Sequence record: NC_048047.1
Reading direction: 5' to 3' (one strand)
DNA length: 64,000 nucleotides
Shown here: piece after piece, positions 29,734 to 40,576 of the stretch
How the letters are laid out: each line of letters opens with the position of its first letter
Position numbering within the stretch: position 1 is the first letter of the stretch
Program-made: the position numbers and the translations under genes
Notes under the pieces: model-generated
What the model saw: only the letters and a program-made list of their open reading frames with translations
Database searches by the model: none
What the model was told of the DNA's origin: nothing

Positions 29734-32700
29734 CAGTAGTCCTTCGGCGGGTCGTATCTGCGGTTGTTGGCGTCGATCATCGCCTCGTCCATGTACTCGT
29801 CCACCAGATCGGCGAACGCCTCGGCCGCCTCCTTGGTCGGGAAGGTCGTGGCCAGGGCCAGCCCGTGGCGGAAGCGCTCGGTCTCGATGGGCGTCAGCCG
29901 CACGTACCAGACCAGCTTGCTCAGCGTCGGATCGACGTCCGAATAGACCAGCGTCCAGTCGCTATCACGCATCGTGCTCACGTCCTTCCAGCAACGCCTT
30001 GTGGCGCTCGGGCCGCATCAGCATCCAGACCTCTTCGTCCTTGGTGCCGTCGATGCCTTCGACCTTGATCCCGTAGCTGACGCCCAGGATCGCCCAGAAC
30101 CCCACGTGCGCGCCTTCGACGGCCTTGGGCACGTCGATCAGCACCGCGCCCAGGTCGCGGGCCAGGAGGTACTTGCTGTAGCGCAGCGTCAGCGTCAGGT
30201 CATTGGGACCATAGGTCGGATCGAAGGTGCAGCGCACCGTCTTCTCGCGCCCGGCGTCGATGACGCTGTCTTCCACCGCTTCGAGCACCACGGCGCCGTC
30301 GTCGTCGCGGCCATCGGACAGGATGAACCACTCGGCCTTGTAGTCCTTGTAGTCGCGCCAGATGCGGTGATGCTCCTCGACCTGGAAGATCATCACCGCG
30401 TCGAGGTAGCCACGCTCCAGGGCGTGATCGATGTCGCCCAGCCGCGCCTTGCCGGCGATTGGCGTGTGGTCCTCGTTGTGCGGGAATTCGATCCGCAGGG
30501 TGACGATCTCATGGGCCTCGCCCGAGAGGTGCTTCATCGCCATCACCAGTCGCGCCCAAAGCCGAAGGCCTCGTCTTCGTTGTCGAAGCCGATGTCCTCA
30601 TAGCCGTCCTCGTCGGGCGCCGGCTCATAGGCCAGCAGCCACCACACCTCGCCGTTGTCGACCCAGTAGCCATGGATGTACCATTGGCCCCAGTAGTCCT
30701 CGCTCATGCCCAGGTCGTTGCCGTCGCCGACATAGAACGAGCCCTCCATCAGCAGGTCGCTGTAGCGCGCCTCGCTGACCTCGATGCTGCTGTCGTCGAG
30801 GCCAACGGCGTCCTCGAACCTCAGGTTGATGGTCTTCATGGTTCCCCCTACCAGCCGGAATACCGGCGCGGCTTGATATGCTCGATGACGTGCGCGGTGA
30901 CGGTTAGGTGGCTGATGGTCACGTCGCCATACTCGTCGACATTGTCGACGTCCTTGCGCACCCGGACGACACGGACGACGTACTCGCCTTCGGCCGACTC
31001 GTCCTTGACCGCGAACGCCAGTTCCTCGCCGGCCTTGATCGACAGCGCCAGGGCCGGCGGCCAGTCGCGGCTGTAGACCACGGCCCGCTCGCCGTCCTCC
31101 GAAATGAGGTTGAAGGTGATGTCGAAATCGCGAAGGTCGCTCATGTGGGCTTCAGCTTGCTTTCCAGGTCTTGCACCACTTCCCAGGCCCCGACCGCCAG
31201 GGTGGTCTGGAACTGGGTCTCGATGATCGCGCGGCGCAGGGCGTCCTTCATCGGTTGCAGCCCCAGGTCGGCGCGCCCCTTGATCGTGTCGATCGCGATC
31301 TGCTTGGCGATGGCCCGCTCGACGCGCTTGGCCTCCGTCACCGCGCGCTGACAGCCCCAGTAGTGCTCCTGGGCCTTGCGCAGCCGCTCGCGCACCTTCA
31401 CGGCGGCGGCGATCTGCGCGTGCATCTCGATGACGGCGGGCGTGTCCATGGCTTTAGGGCGCGACAGCCTTGGCGATCACCGGCCGGCGGTGCGTCGGCG
31501 TCCAGCCCTCGGGCTTGGGGGCGGCGTAGTCCACCGAGCAGTCGCCGGTGATCTCCTGGATGCGGCCCGACGTCTGGCTGGTGTAGTAGAAGCCGTCGCT
31601 GTCGCCATGCTTGGCCACCTTGCCGGTGGAGAAGTCGTCGACCGTGATGAACCCACCGCTGAAGCAGGTGATGCGCGCCGGCTTGCCGTAGTTGAACTGG
31701 TAGTCGGCCTCGGCCTGGGTGCAGGCGGCCAAACCGGCGGTCGCCAGGGCCATCAGCGCGATTCGAAACTTGATCATGAAGGCTCCTCAGATATTCGAAA
31801 GACGGGTATGTTCATCGACCCGCCGCTGGGCTTCCAGGTAGACGGACTCGGCGACAAGTTGGTCAAGAACGGCGTCGCGCAGGTCCGCGCGCAGGCTGCT
31901 GACCTCGTAGGCCTCAGGCGGCGTGTCGGGATAATGCTCGTCGCCTTCGTCGAAGTGCATCCGGTCGCAGATCATGCCCGCGAGGCCTTGGACGACGAGA
32001 CGCGCCGAAAGCAGCTTGGCCTCGGCCACGCCCTTCAGCATGGCCGGCGACAAGGGTGCATTGTCCTCGCTCACAGCGACACCGTGTCGATCTCGACGTG
32101 CGACAGCCGCAGCGGACCGCCGCTCAGACCATCACGATAGGTGAAGGTCCGATCGACCTTGGTGATGAGCAGCGCCGACAGCTTGGGCAGATCGATCGTC
32201 TCGTCCTTGCGGATCGAGGCGGCGTCCACCTCGTCGATCTCGTAGGTGCGCGCGTACTTACCGCCAACGCTGACGACCAGGGACACTTCGCGGCTCATGC
32301 TTCCTCGTCCTCTTCCTCATTGGCCGCGCCGTAGTCGACCACATGCACTTCGATCGTCTGCGCCAAGCCGCCCCACGGCGGGCTCTCGGCATCGCCCACT
32401 CGCCCCACCGGGGTCTTCTTGACCATGGTCACGCCCATCAGGCGCTTGCCGGCCGGGATCGAGCCCATCGGCTCGGCCAGATCGAGCACCACATAGTCGC
32501 GCGTCGATAGCGTCAGCGCCTCGATCGCCGGCCAGGAGCGTGAGATGAACTCACCGACCTGATCGTCGCTGTCGCGGACGAAGAAGTGGACGTGGTAGGG
32601 AAGCGACAAGCTGGGCTCCTGGGCGGGTGTCTTGATCTCGGTTTAATCCGCCGCAGCGGGCGCAGTCAACGACTTTCTTGCAGGATTGTTCTCGTCTTCG

Positions 32701-35481
32701 CAAGCCTGCCGGCGCTCCCAGGCTTCGTCACACAGCGCCTGGGCCACAAGCACGTCGAGGGCTGCCGATCGCAACACCCGATGCGCCATATACAAGCTCC
32801 CGGTGCCCCGCTCGACGACCAGGGGCACACCCTTGGGCGAAGCGTAGTAGTCCGAGCGCCTGACCTTCTCGAACTCGGCCAGATCATTGACCTCTTGGGC
32901 CGCTTCAGCCAAGGCGATACGTGCCCGGACCAGAGCTTCGCGGCGATCCTGGTGTAGAGCGATCGGCTCGGGCGGGAATTTCCTCGGATCGGTCTCGATC
33001 CCAAAATCACGCAACGTCAACTGAAATCTCCACGAGAGGTTTCTGCTTGAAGACCGCCCCGAAGAACGGCTCGATCCCTGGCGAGTAGGCCGTGATCGGC
33101 TGCCAGCGCCAGCGTTCCTGCCAAGACTCGGGCCGCACGGTGGTGAGGGTCACGCCGATCCCGCCGGCGTACTTCGACAGGTCCAGGTCCGAGAGTAGGT
33201 CGACGGCAGTCGTCATTTGAGGGTGACCTTGATGCGGTAGGCGAGATGCTTGCGGTTGTCCTTGACCAGCCAATCGGCGTACTGGCGGCTGTGGGCGCCG
33301 GTCCGTTCGGTGAGCGGGTAGGGACGCTTCTCGTCGGCGTAGATGTTGAACCAGAACGATTTCAGAGCCGGACCATGGAGTTCGGGGTACCGGAAATCAG
33401 GATGCCGCCACCTTTCCACCTAGAAGGGCTCCGGCGGCGGCCGGCGTTCGATCACCTGCACCAGGACCTGCACATGCGACAGGAACGGCTCGGGGATGTT
33501 GAGCCCGCCGTCCACGTGCTTGATGACGTTGAGCACCTTGACCCGGTAGACGCCCGGCTCGATCTTCACCGCCTCGGCGCCCAGGTCGCCTTCGATCCGC
33601 ACGGGGATCACGAGGTAGTCGCCGCCCTTGATCGTCAGGGCGTGCATCGTCGGCCAGCCCTTCGACCACACCGTGCCCATTGACAGGCGCGTGGAGTCGA
33701 CGAAGTTGACCTCCAGGTCGATTGTCTTAGCCTCGATGGTCATGATCCCCCACGCGCGGATAGCCCCATTCGGGCATGTTCTGGGCCAGGGTGAGGTCGT
33801 CGACATTGACGTCGACCACCACCCTGATGATGTCGCTGTCGCCATAGCCTGTGAAGGTGCCGGCGATCTGCTTGACCACCTTGGTGACCGTCAGCTTGTG
33901 CTGACCCTCCAGCAGGCTGTCCTGGCCGTCGGCCCACTTTGGCATGCAGTGCCCGGTGACGATGTCCATCTCCAGGACATCGCCGGCGCGCAGCGTCAGG
34001 GCCTGGACCTCGGGCCAGTCCAGCCTCAGGACGCCGTGATCCTCGCTCCACTGGGTGAAGCGGAACTCGACTTGCATCATCGCGATCATGCGCCCTCGCC
34101 ATTGCCATAGACGATCACCGGATCGGCCCGCATGTCGACGACCACGCAGCGCGAGCCGTGCAGCGCCGTTTGATGGGCGGCCAGCCGCTCCAGACGCTCG
34201 CGATTGGGGCTGCGGATCGGGCCGTGCTCGTTGCCCATCTCCGCCCAGCCGTCGGGCGTCAGGACATAGCAGCGAAACAGCGAAAGCTCCTCGGCCAGCG
34301 CGTCGATCAGTTCTTCATCGGTCTGGGGACGCAGGCTCATGGGATCAGGGGGCTCATGCTGTTGTAGGCGGGCGTCACCAGGGCCTTGATCAAGGTGACC
34401 TGGACGTTCGGCGGGTCGATGCCCACCTCGCGCAGAACGTCGGTGATTAGCCAGTACCGGCCGCCGACCTTGAACTTGGCGCCCGTAACGATGGTGGTCG
34501 CCAGATCGTCGGGCGCCAGAAAGGTTGAGACGACCTGTCCTCGGAGGATGAATTCGACCTTGGTCGTCAAGCCTCGATCCCCCGCTGAAGCGTCGCCCGG
34601 CGTACGATCGCTTGGATGCTCCTGATCGACTGGGTGTAGGCCAGCAATGTGTCGGTGTGGACCGTCATGGCGCCAGGATGGCTGTCGATGTTGCGATGCA
34701 CGCGATCGACGATCCAGAAGGCGCCTTGCAGCTTGAACTTGACGCCCTCCTGGATGCTCAGCGCCAGGAGATCGTCGGCCTCGAACGAGGAGACCATCAC
34801 GTTGGCGGGGCGACCGCCAGGATCGCCCTCGACCTCTTGCCAGAACTCAACCTTGGTCGTCATGGCTCACCTTCTTGAAATCGGGGCCATCGAACAGGTC
34901 CACCGAAAGATGGACCTCCGACACGAAAGGCGTTCCAGCCTCGTCCGTGTGCCGTGCGATAGCTTTGTCGACCGACGCGATCGTCCCGCGATACTCACCA
35001 ACGATCGGCGTGCTCAGCAGATTGTCGCCGGGCCGCAAGGTCAGCCGGATATAATCCTCGGGCTTAAAGCCCATGGCGACGACCTGGGAGAACATGCCGA
35101 TCTCCACGATGGCGAACGGCGCGGGCTCATTGTCCGTCGTGAACCGCAGGTCGTCGGGATGATAGAGCGTGGCGATCACGTGGATGGGGTCGTGGCTCAT
35201 GCTTCATCGTCCTTGTCGAGCACGCCGCGTAGCATGCAGGTCAGGAAAATCCCGTCGATCTTGGCCTTGCCCTCGGTCCCGAACGCGATCTCCCGGTCGA
35301 CCGTCAGCACCTTGACCTCGTAGGTCTTGCCGTCGGTGGCCATGAAGCTGAACCGGTCGGTCTTGGCGAACGACAGCGCGTCGCGCCGGGGGAACCGGCC
35401 CAGGAAGTGGGCGTCGATCAGGACCTCGGCGTATTTCGCGCCGGCGGCCCTGACCGTCACATGGACAGGGATTTTGGCCAT
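29733..35481 (-). other. Minus-strand run of small genes, about nine of them beta-rich paralogs
   Basis: CDSs at 29733-29981, 29965-30546, 30543-30839, 30848-31144, 31141-31449, 31787-32074, 32071-32298, 32295-32609, 32643-33020, 33007-33216, 33213-33419, 33420-33743, 33727-34089, 34086-34340, 34337-34570, 34567-34863, 34847-35200 and 35197-35481. Confidence 0.7.
31454..31777 (-). CDS. Lipoprotein
   Basis: Signal peptide MIKFRIALMALATAGLAAC with lipobox LAAC. Confidence 0.7.
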   Translation of the reverse strand: MIKFRIALMALATAGLAACTQAEADYQFNYGKPARITCFSGGFITVDDFSTGKVAKHGDSDGFYYTSQTSGRIQEITGDCSVDYAAPKPEGWTPTHRRPVIAKAVAP

Positions 35482-36266
35482 CAGCCTTCGCCTTTGATCG
35501 CCGCCTGCACCAGACCCGAGGCTTCCTTGCCGTCATAGCGGCCGGCGAAGTTGGCCTTCAGGTGCGCCATGTACTGGCCCATGTTGGCGCCGGGATTGGC
35601 GGCCTTGAACGCGGCGATCTCCGCCGACAGGTCCTCGGTGGTGAGGTTCTGGGGCAGGTAGCGCGCCAGGATGGCGGCTTCCTCGGTCGCCTTGGCGATC
35701 TTGGCGGCGTTGTCCTCGCTCGCCGGGCGCGTGGCCAGGGCCTTGAGGTTCTCGGTCACCGCGTTGGCGAAGTTGCGCACCATCGGCGTCATCTCTTCGT
35801 CCGTCGGGTCCTGGCGCGCCTTGACGCCCAGATCGATCAGCCCCTGCTCCAGGCGACCCAGCGGCCAGCCTTCCTCGGCCGCCGTTTGCTCGGCAGCCGC
35901 ATCGGCGCCGGCCAGCAGGGTGTCGTATTCGTCGTTGACCACGCCGATGGCGTCCAGCACGGCTTGCTCACCGTGCGCCGCGTACTCGGCCTGGACCTTG
36001 GCCAGACTTTCGGCGCGCAGCGGCTTGAAGAACGCCGCATTGTCCTTCTTGGCCTGTTCGAGTTGACCCAGCGGCCAGCCTTCAGCCTCGGCCTGCTTGC
36101 GCAGCACCTTTGCGCCGACATTGTACTTGACCGACGACAGCGTCGAGGTGGCGTCGCTCAGCAGCAGGTTCAGCAGCGAGACTTCGACCGGGCGCGCCGG
36201 GATGTTCTGCTTGGGGTCGCCCTTGGCGGCGGCCAGATCGCTGCGGATTTTCTCGATGAGGCTCAA
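35481..36266 (-). CDS. GatB/YqeY domain protein with a central insertion
   Basis: N-terminus MSLIEKIRSDL and C-terminus LARYLPQNL...MGQYMAHLKANFAGRYDGKEASGLV are YqeY-like. Confidence 0.7.
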   Translation of the reverse strand: MSLIEKIRSDLAAAKGDPKQNIPARPVEVSLLNLLLSDATSTLSSVKYNVGAKVLRKQAEAEGWPLGQLEQAKKDNAAFFKPLRAESLAKVQAEYAAHGEQAVLDAIGVVNDEYDTLLAGADAAAEQTAAEEGWPLGRLEQGLIDLGVKARQDPTDEEMTPMVRNFANAVTENLKALATRPASEDNAAKIAKATEEAAILARYLPQNLTTEDLSAEIAAFKAANPGANMGQYMAHLKANFAGRYDGKEASGLVQAAIKGEG

Positions 36267-36309
36267 GGTGGTAGTCCTTCTTGCGGGGTTTTACGGGACC
36301 CGTCCCTGT

Positions 36310-36350
36310 AAAGAAAACGAGCCGCCTTTCACAGTCTTCGGCGGCTCGTT
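36310..36350 (-). terminator. Intrinsic terminator-like hairpin upstream of the minus-strand operon
   Basis: 11-bp stem AACGAGCCGCC/GGCGGCTCGTT (36316-36326 / 36340-36350), followed by TTCTTT on the minus strand. Confidence 0.7.
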
Positions 36351-36390
36351 ATGGTTCCAATCGGCCGGACATGCTCCGGTGGGCGAACGC

Positions 36391-36399
36391 TCACTTCAT
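36391..36399 (-). CDS. Putative Met-Lys minigene (ATG AAG TGA)
   Basis: Minus-strand SD AGGAGG (36405-36410), 5 nt before the ATG; same geometry as 4431-4452. Confidence 0.4.
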   Translation of the reverse strand: MK

Positions 36400-36535
36400 C
36401 TCAACCTCCTGCGCTACCTTCGGTCCACTTGCGCCTCTCATGTGGGCGCGTGGCAATAGAGAGACCCGACGTTCCTCCACCTCACGGTTGCTGTCAAGCA
36501 GGAAATCACCGTGACGCGATCTACGTCACGTGCTG

Positions 36536-36562
36536 CATTTCTTGACACGTGTCGTTAACCAT
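36536..36562 (+). promoter_or_regulatory. Second promoter-like class CATTTCTTGACA, here followed by the CtrA half-site TTAACCAT
   Basis: Exact 12-mer at 36536, 55775 and 58625; variants at 2264, 46556, 61392 and on the minus strand at 15879-15889. All except 2264 lie upstream of gene starts. Confidence 0.6.
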
Positions 36563-36707
36563 GGCACACCGGCCTCACGGTCGAGCCACATCCCGTGGCT
36601 GGATCGCCTTTCGTCATCGGCCTTGGGCGGGGCCAGTAAAGTCGGATCAGTATGCCGGCCTGAATACCCCGCCTCTTTTTCGGCCGCTCACCCAGGTCAA
36701 AGTCCCC

Positions 36708-38513
36708 ATGGCTGGTCAATCCGCCAATTCCGCCAACATCGATCGCGTCGCGCGACCCAAGTCGAACGCCGTCAACGCGATCCTGAACCCGGAATACGTC
36801 TACTGGGAACCGGACTGGGTCAAGGTCCGCGACACCCTGGCGGGCCAGCGCGCCGTCAAGGCCAAGGGCCAAGCCTATCTGCCCAAGAACCTGGGCTCCG
36901 ACGACAGCGAATACGCCGCCTATCTGGCCGGCGCCATCTTCCACAACATGGTCGACCAGACGCTGAACGGCATGACCGGTCAGGTCTTCCGTCGCGCCCC
37001 GATCATCCGCAATCTCCCCGAGCGGCTGGTCGACAAGATCATTCACCTGGGCCAGGACGGCTCGGGGCATGTGGCCTTCACCAAGACCGTCGTGCGTGAA
37101 GTCTGCTCGATGGGTCGCTATGGCGTGCTCGTCGATGCGCCCACCACCTCGGGCGACAGCTACGCCGTCGGCTACCGCGCCGAGGACATCCTGGACTGGG
37201 AGATCGAGCGTGTCGATGGCGTCCAGCGCCTGACCCGCGTTCTGCTGCGCGAGTTCCGCCGCGTACGCTCGGTGCTGTCGGGCCGCGCCCGCATCCGCTC
37301 GGGCGGCGGCGCCTACCAGTACGAGACCGTCTACCGCGAACTGGTCCTCGAAAACATCGACGGCCGCTGGACCTACTACCAGAACATCTACGACAAGGTT
37401 GGCCCGCAGGGCGTGCCCACCGATGTCCTGCGTCCGGTGATCAACGGCAATCCGCTGACCGCCATTCCGTTCGTGTTCTTCGGCCCGACGGGCAACACGC
37501 CCGACTGCGAGAAGCCGCCGCTCCTCGACATCGCCGAACTGAACATTTCCCACTACCAGGATTATGCCGACTTCCAGCACGGCAAGAAGTACACCTCCCT
37601 GCCGATCTATGTCGTGCCGGGCGGCAGCGAAGGCGGCGCCGACGAGTACAAGATCGGCCCCAACACCATCTGGGAAGTGCCGCTCTCGTCGACGCCGGTC
37701 ATCCTGGAATACAAGGGCGATGGCCTCAAGACCCAGATGAACGCCCTGGCCACCAAGGAGCGCCAGATCGCCGCGATCGGCGGCCGGCTGCTGCCGGGCC
37801 TGGGTCAGGGCATCTCCGAGTCCAGCGAGCAGGCGACCATGCGCGGCGCCTCCGAGCAGTCGATCCTGATGAACGTCATCCTGGCGGTCCAGGACGGCAT
37901 GTCGCTGGTCCTGCGCTACTGGGCCGCGTGGCGCGATGTTCCGATGAACACCACCGCCGCGCTGCGCTACGTCATCAACTCCAACTTCCTGACCGGCTTT
38001 GCCGACGCCCGCGTGCTGCGCGCGATCCAGATGATGTGGGAAGCCGGCCTCGTGCCGATCGAGGTTCTGTTCGAGAACCTGCGCGACCTGGAGGTCCTGT
38101 CCGACGACTGGACCATCGAGATGTTCACCGATCGGATGCAAGACCCGACGGCGTTCATGAACAATCCCGACGCCCAGGCCAAGGTTCGCGGTTACGCCAA
38201 TCGCAAGCAGGAACTGGACGAGGCCGCCCGCAAGATCGAGCAAGGCCAAGCCGACCGCGCCCTGGACATCCAGGAAGAGAGCATCGACGGCCTGGACGAT
38301 GGTGACGTGCTGCGCAAGCGCGAGGACCAGCAGATGGACTTCGAGCGTCAGCAGCACGAAGACCAGATTCAGTTCCAGTACGACAAGCTGTCGTCCGACG
38401 AGCAACTGGCCAAGCTCAAGCTCGCCACCCAGAAGGCCATCGCTGCCAAGTCGGCGCAGGCCGCCGCCCAGCGTCCGCAACCCACCCGGCCGCCGGCCGG
38501 GGGTCAAACCTAA
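36708..38513 (+). CDS. Portal protein (DUF4055-type)
   Basis: WVKVRDTLAG...YLP...Y..YL.GAIFHNMVDQTL.GMTGQVFRRAP and KPPLLDIAELNISHYQDYAD match DUF4055 portals. Likely start is ATG 36708. Confidence 0.85.
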   Translation: MAGQSANSANIDRVARPKSNAVNAILNPEYVYWEPDWVKVRDTLAGQRAVKAKGQAYLPKNLGSDDSEYAAYLAGAIFHNMVDQTLNGMTGQVFRRAPIIRNLPERLVDKIIHLGQDGSGHVAFTKTVVREVCSMGRYGVLVDAPTTSGDSYAVGYRAEDILDWEIERVDGVQRLTRVLLREFRRVRSVLSGRARIRSGGGAYQYETVYRELVLENIDGRWTYYQNIYDKVGPQGVPTDVLRPVINGNPLTAIPFVFFGPTGNTPDCEKPPLLDIAELNISHYQDYADFQHGKKYTSLPIYVVPGGSEGGADEYKIGPNTIWEVPLSSTPVILEYKGDGLKTQMNALATKERQIAAIGGRLLPGLGQGISESSEQATMRGASEQSILMNVILAVQDGMSLVLRYWAAWRDVPMNTTAALRYVINSNFLTGFADARVLRAIQMMWEAGLVPIEVLFENLRDLEVLSDDWTIEMFTDRMQDPTAFMNNPDAQAKVRGYANRKQELDEAARKIEQGQADRALDIQEESIDGLDDGDVLRKREDQQMDFERQQHEDQIQFQYDKLSSDEQLAKLKLATQKAIAAKSAQAAAQRPQPTRPPAGGQT

Positions 38514-38529
38514 CCCCAGTAGCAGTTTC

Positions 38530-39083
38530 ATGGCCACCCCGCGTTACGAGACCTTCGAGGACTTCCAGCACGATCTGGACGAGTCCGGTCACCTCTCCAA
38601 CGATCCCTTCGGGATCGACATCGATATCGGGTCTCTCGACGACGCGGACCTGGAATTTCTGCTTCCCGCCACCAAGAAGCCCAAGAAGGCAACCTGATCA
38701 TGAGCACCACCACCGACGCCCTCGGCGACAAGGCCGAAAAGGCCATCAACAAGGCCGGCGCCTGGATTCAGAACCACACGACCCTCGTGCTGGTCTTCAT
38801 CCTCGGCTTCGCCGCCGGCGCGCTGCTGATCTAGGCCATGTTCGCCTACGACCGCGACGTGCCGCACGTCATCTCCGCTGATCCGCCGCACCGCGAATAT
38901 CCCGTGCGTGTCCTGGGCGACGGCAAGGTGCTGGAGGTCCTCGACCACGAGGATGGTTCGGCCAGCTACAGCTACTACGCCAATCTGGCCTTCGAGATGG
39001 ACGGCGACGTCTTCGATCTCGGACCGGTGGACCTGACGCAGTTTCAGGGCCGGGTGCCCAAGACGGTCAGCTTCGGCTTCTAG
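38530..39083 (+). other. Three small genes
   Basis: CDSs at 38530-38697 (acidic), 38700-38834 (44 aa, C-terminal TM helix, hand-translated) and 38838-39083. Confidence 0.65.
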
Positions 39084-39115
39084 CCTTGCGCCCCTGAAAC
39101 GATAGGGGGCCTCTG

Positions 39116-39221
39116 CCGCGCCAGCTTTGAGAATTGCCCGCGCGGGGGCGAGCCTGAGGTCCTCAAAGCCTCCCGACCCTGGTCGGTTATTGCGAAGATC
39201 GAGCCAGCCAGGGCGGCGCGG
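39116..39221 (+). ncRNA. Possible structured intergenic or leader RNA
   Basis: Nested stems CCGCGCC/GGCGCGG (39116-39122 / 39215-39221), GCTTTGAG/CTCAAAGC (39124-39131 / 39162-39169) and CCGAC/GTCGG. Confidence 0.3.
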
Positions 39222-39258
39222 TCAACCCCGACAACAAAGACCCCGAAAGTCTCACCCG

Positions 39259-40335
39259 ATGACCGACTACCTGTCGCACGATGACGCGTGCGTGAACACC
39301 TGCGCCTATGCCCCGATCAACATCTCGGTGGTGCGCGGTCTCTTCCTGGATGACGGCGCCGATCGTGGCCGGGGCGGTCCGCGCTTCGTGGCTGACGACT
39401 CCGGCCGCTACATCGCCTTCGACACCCCCGCCTTCGAGGGCGTCCTGCACGAGGACGAAGCCTATCCGCTGCTCAAGCAACTGACGGCGGTGCTGCTGTG
39501 ATCGTCGCGCTGACCAGCAGCCTCACCGACAGCCCGATCGCCGTTTCGGCGCTGCACGTTCTCAATGTCGGCCAAGACGACGCCGGCGCGGCTCTGCGTA
39601 TGAGTGACAAGTCCACCCTGTTCGTCACCGAGTCCTACAAGGACGTCGTTGACGCCATCGCCGAAGCCCTGGCGCCGGCCCAACTCGACTTCGCCGCCAT
39701 GCTGTCCATGGTCCAGGCCCTGAAGGCTCCCCAATGATCTTCCTCCACCGCCTCATCCCGGTCCGCGACGGCGGCGTGGAACGCCAGCGCATCGCCGTCC
39801 GCGCCGACGCCATCGACCTGATCATCGACAACGGCGAGGGCGTGCCCGCCAACATCGAGGTCCACGGCGACCGCTACCGCGTCGAGGAGGACTTCATCGC
39901 CGTCCTCGAACTGACGCGCGCCTGGGCCAAGCTCTACGACCATGCCGCCAAACATGACATCGCGCCGGCCGACATCATCGGTGTCAGCCACGATGACAGC
40001 GACCCCGAAGCGCCGGTCGTTCTCCAGCAATCCGCCACCTCGATCCGCGACTGATGATCGCCCTCCAGCCATCCTACGTCCACGATCGCCCGATCTTCCT
40101 GGACCCCACCACCATCCGGCGCATGCAACGGCCGTCGACGACCCAGATTTGGGTCGAAGGCTACGACGAGTGCATCCAGGTCCAGGAAACGCCCGAGCAG
40201 GTCGTGGCCCTGGCGTCGGCCTGGAGCAATCGCTGGGAATTCGAAAAGCACCTGGGTGTCCACGCCACCTACGTCGACTTCCGTGACCAGCGTGTGACCT
40301 ACCATTACCTGGAGAAAAACTTCCATGACCAGTAA
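39259..40335 (+). other. Tandem small genes, several FlbD/SwrD-like
   Basis: CDSs at 39259-39501, 39498-39737, 39734-40054 and 40054-40335. The last reads MIALQ...IFLDPTTIRRM...TTQIWV...IQVQETPEQVV. Confidence 0.55.
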
Positions 40336-40576
40336 GCACCTTCAGCAGGTCCAGGCCGATGCCGAGAAGCTGACCGTGATCGCCGAAGGCGTCATGGACG
40401 CCTCCACCCTGCTGCGCGAAAAGCTCGCCCAGGTCCCGGCCAGCCGCGACACCTCCCTGGCCGTCACCAAGCTCGACGAGTTCGACTTCTGGGCCGGCCG
40501 CGCCCTGTCGTCGGTGCTCCAGCCGCTGCTCCAGGAACTGCACGACGCGGGCCTGCTCGAAGTCGTCCCCGACTAA
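40325..40576 (+). CDS. Small helical protein with a Tad1/Acb2-like hairpin motif
   Basis: ASRDTSLAVTKLDEFDFWAGRAL resembles the SREx-SxAxTxLEEAxxW motif of the Tad1 C-terminal hairpin. Confidence 0.45.
   Translation: MTSKHLQQVQADAEKLTVIAEGVMDASTLLREKLAQVPASRDTSLAVTKLDEFDFWAGRALSSVLQPLLQELHDAGLLEVVPD

Noticed and set aside
39160-39180. c-di-GMP-I riboswitch suggested by CAAAGCCTCC
   Set aside because: The required upstream GGCAAA / GNRA-tetraloop architecture is missing.
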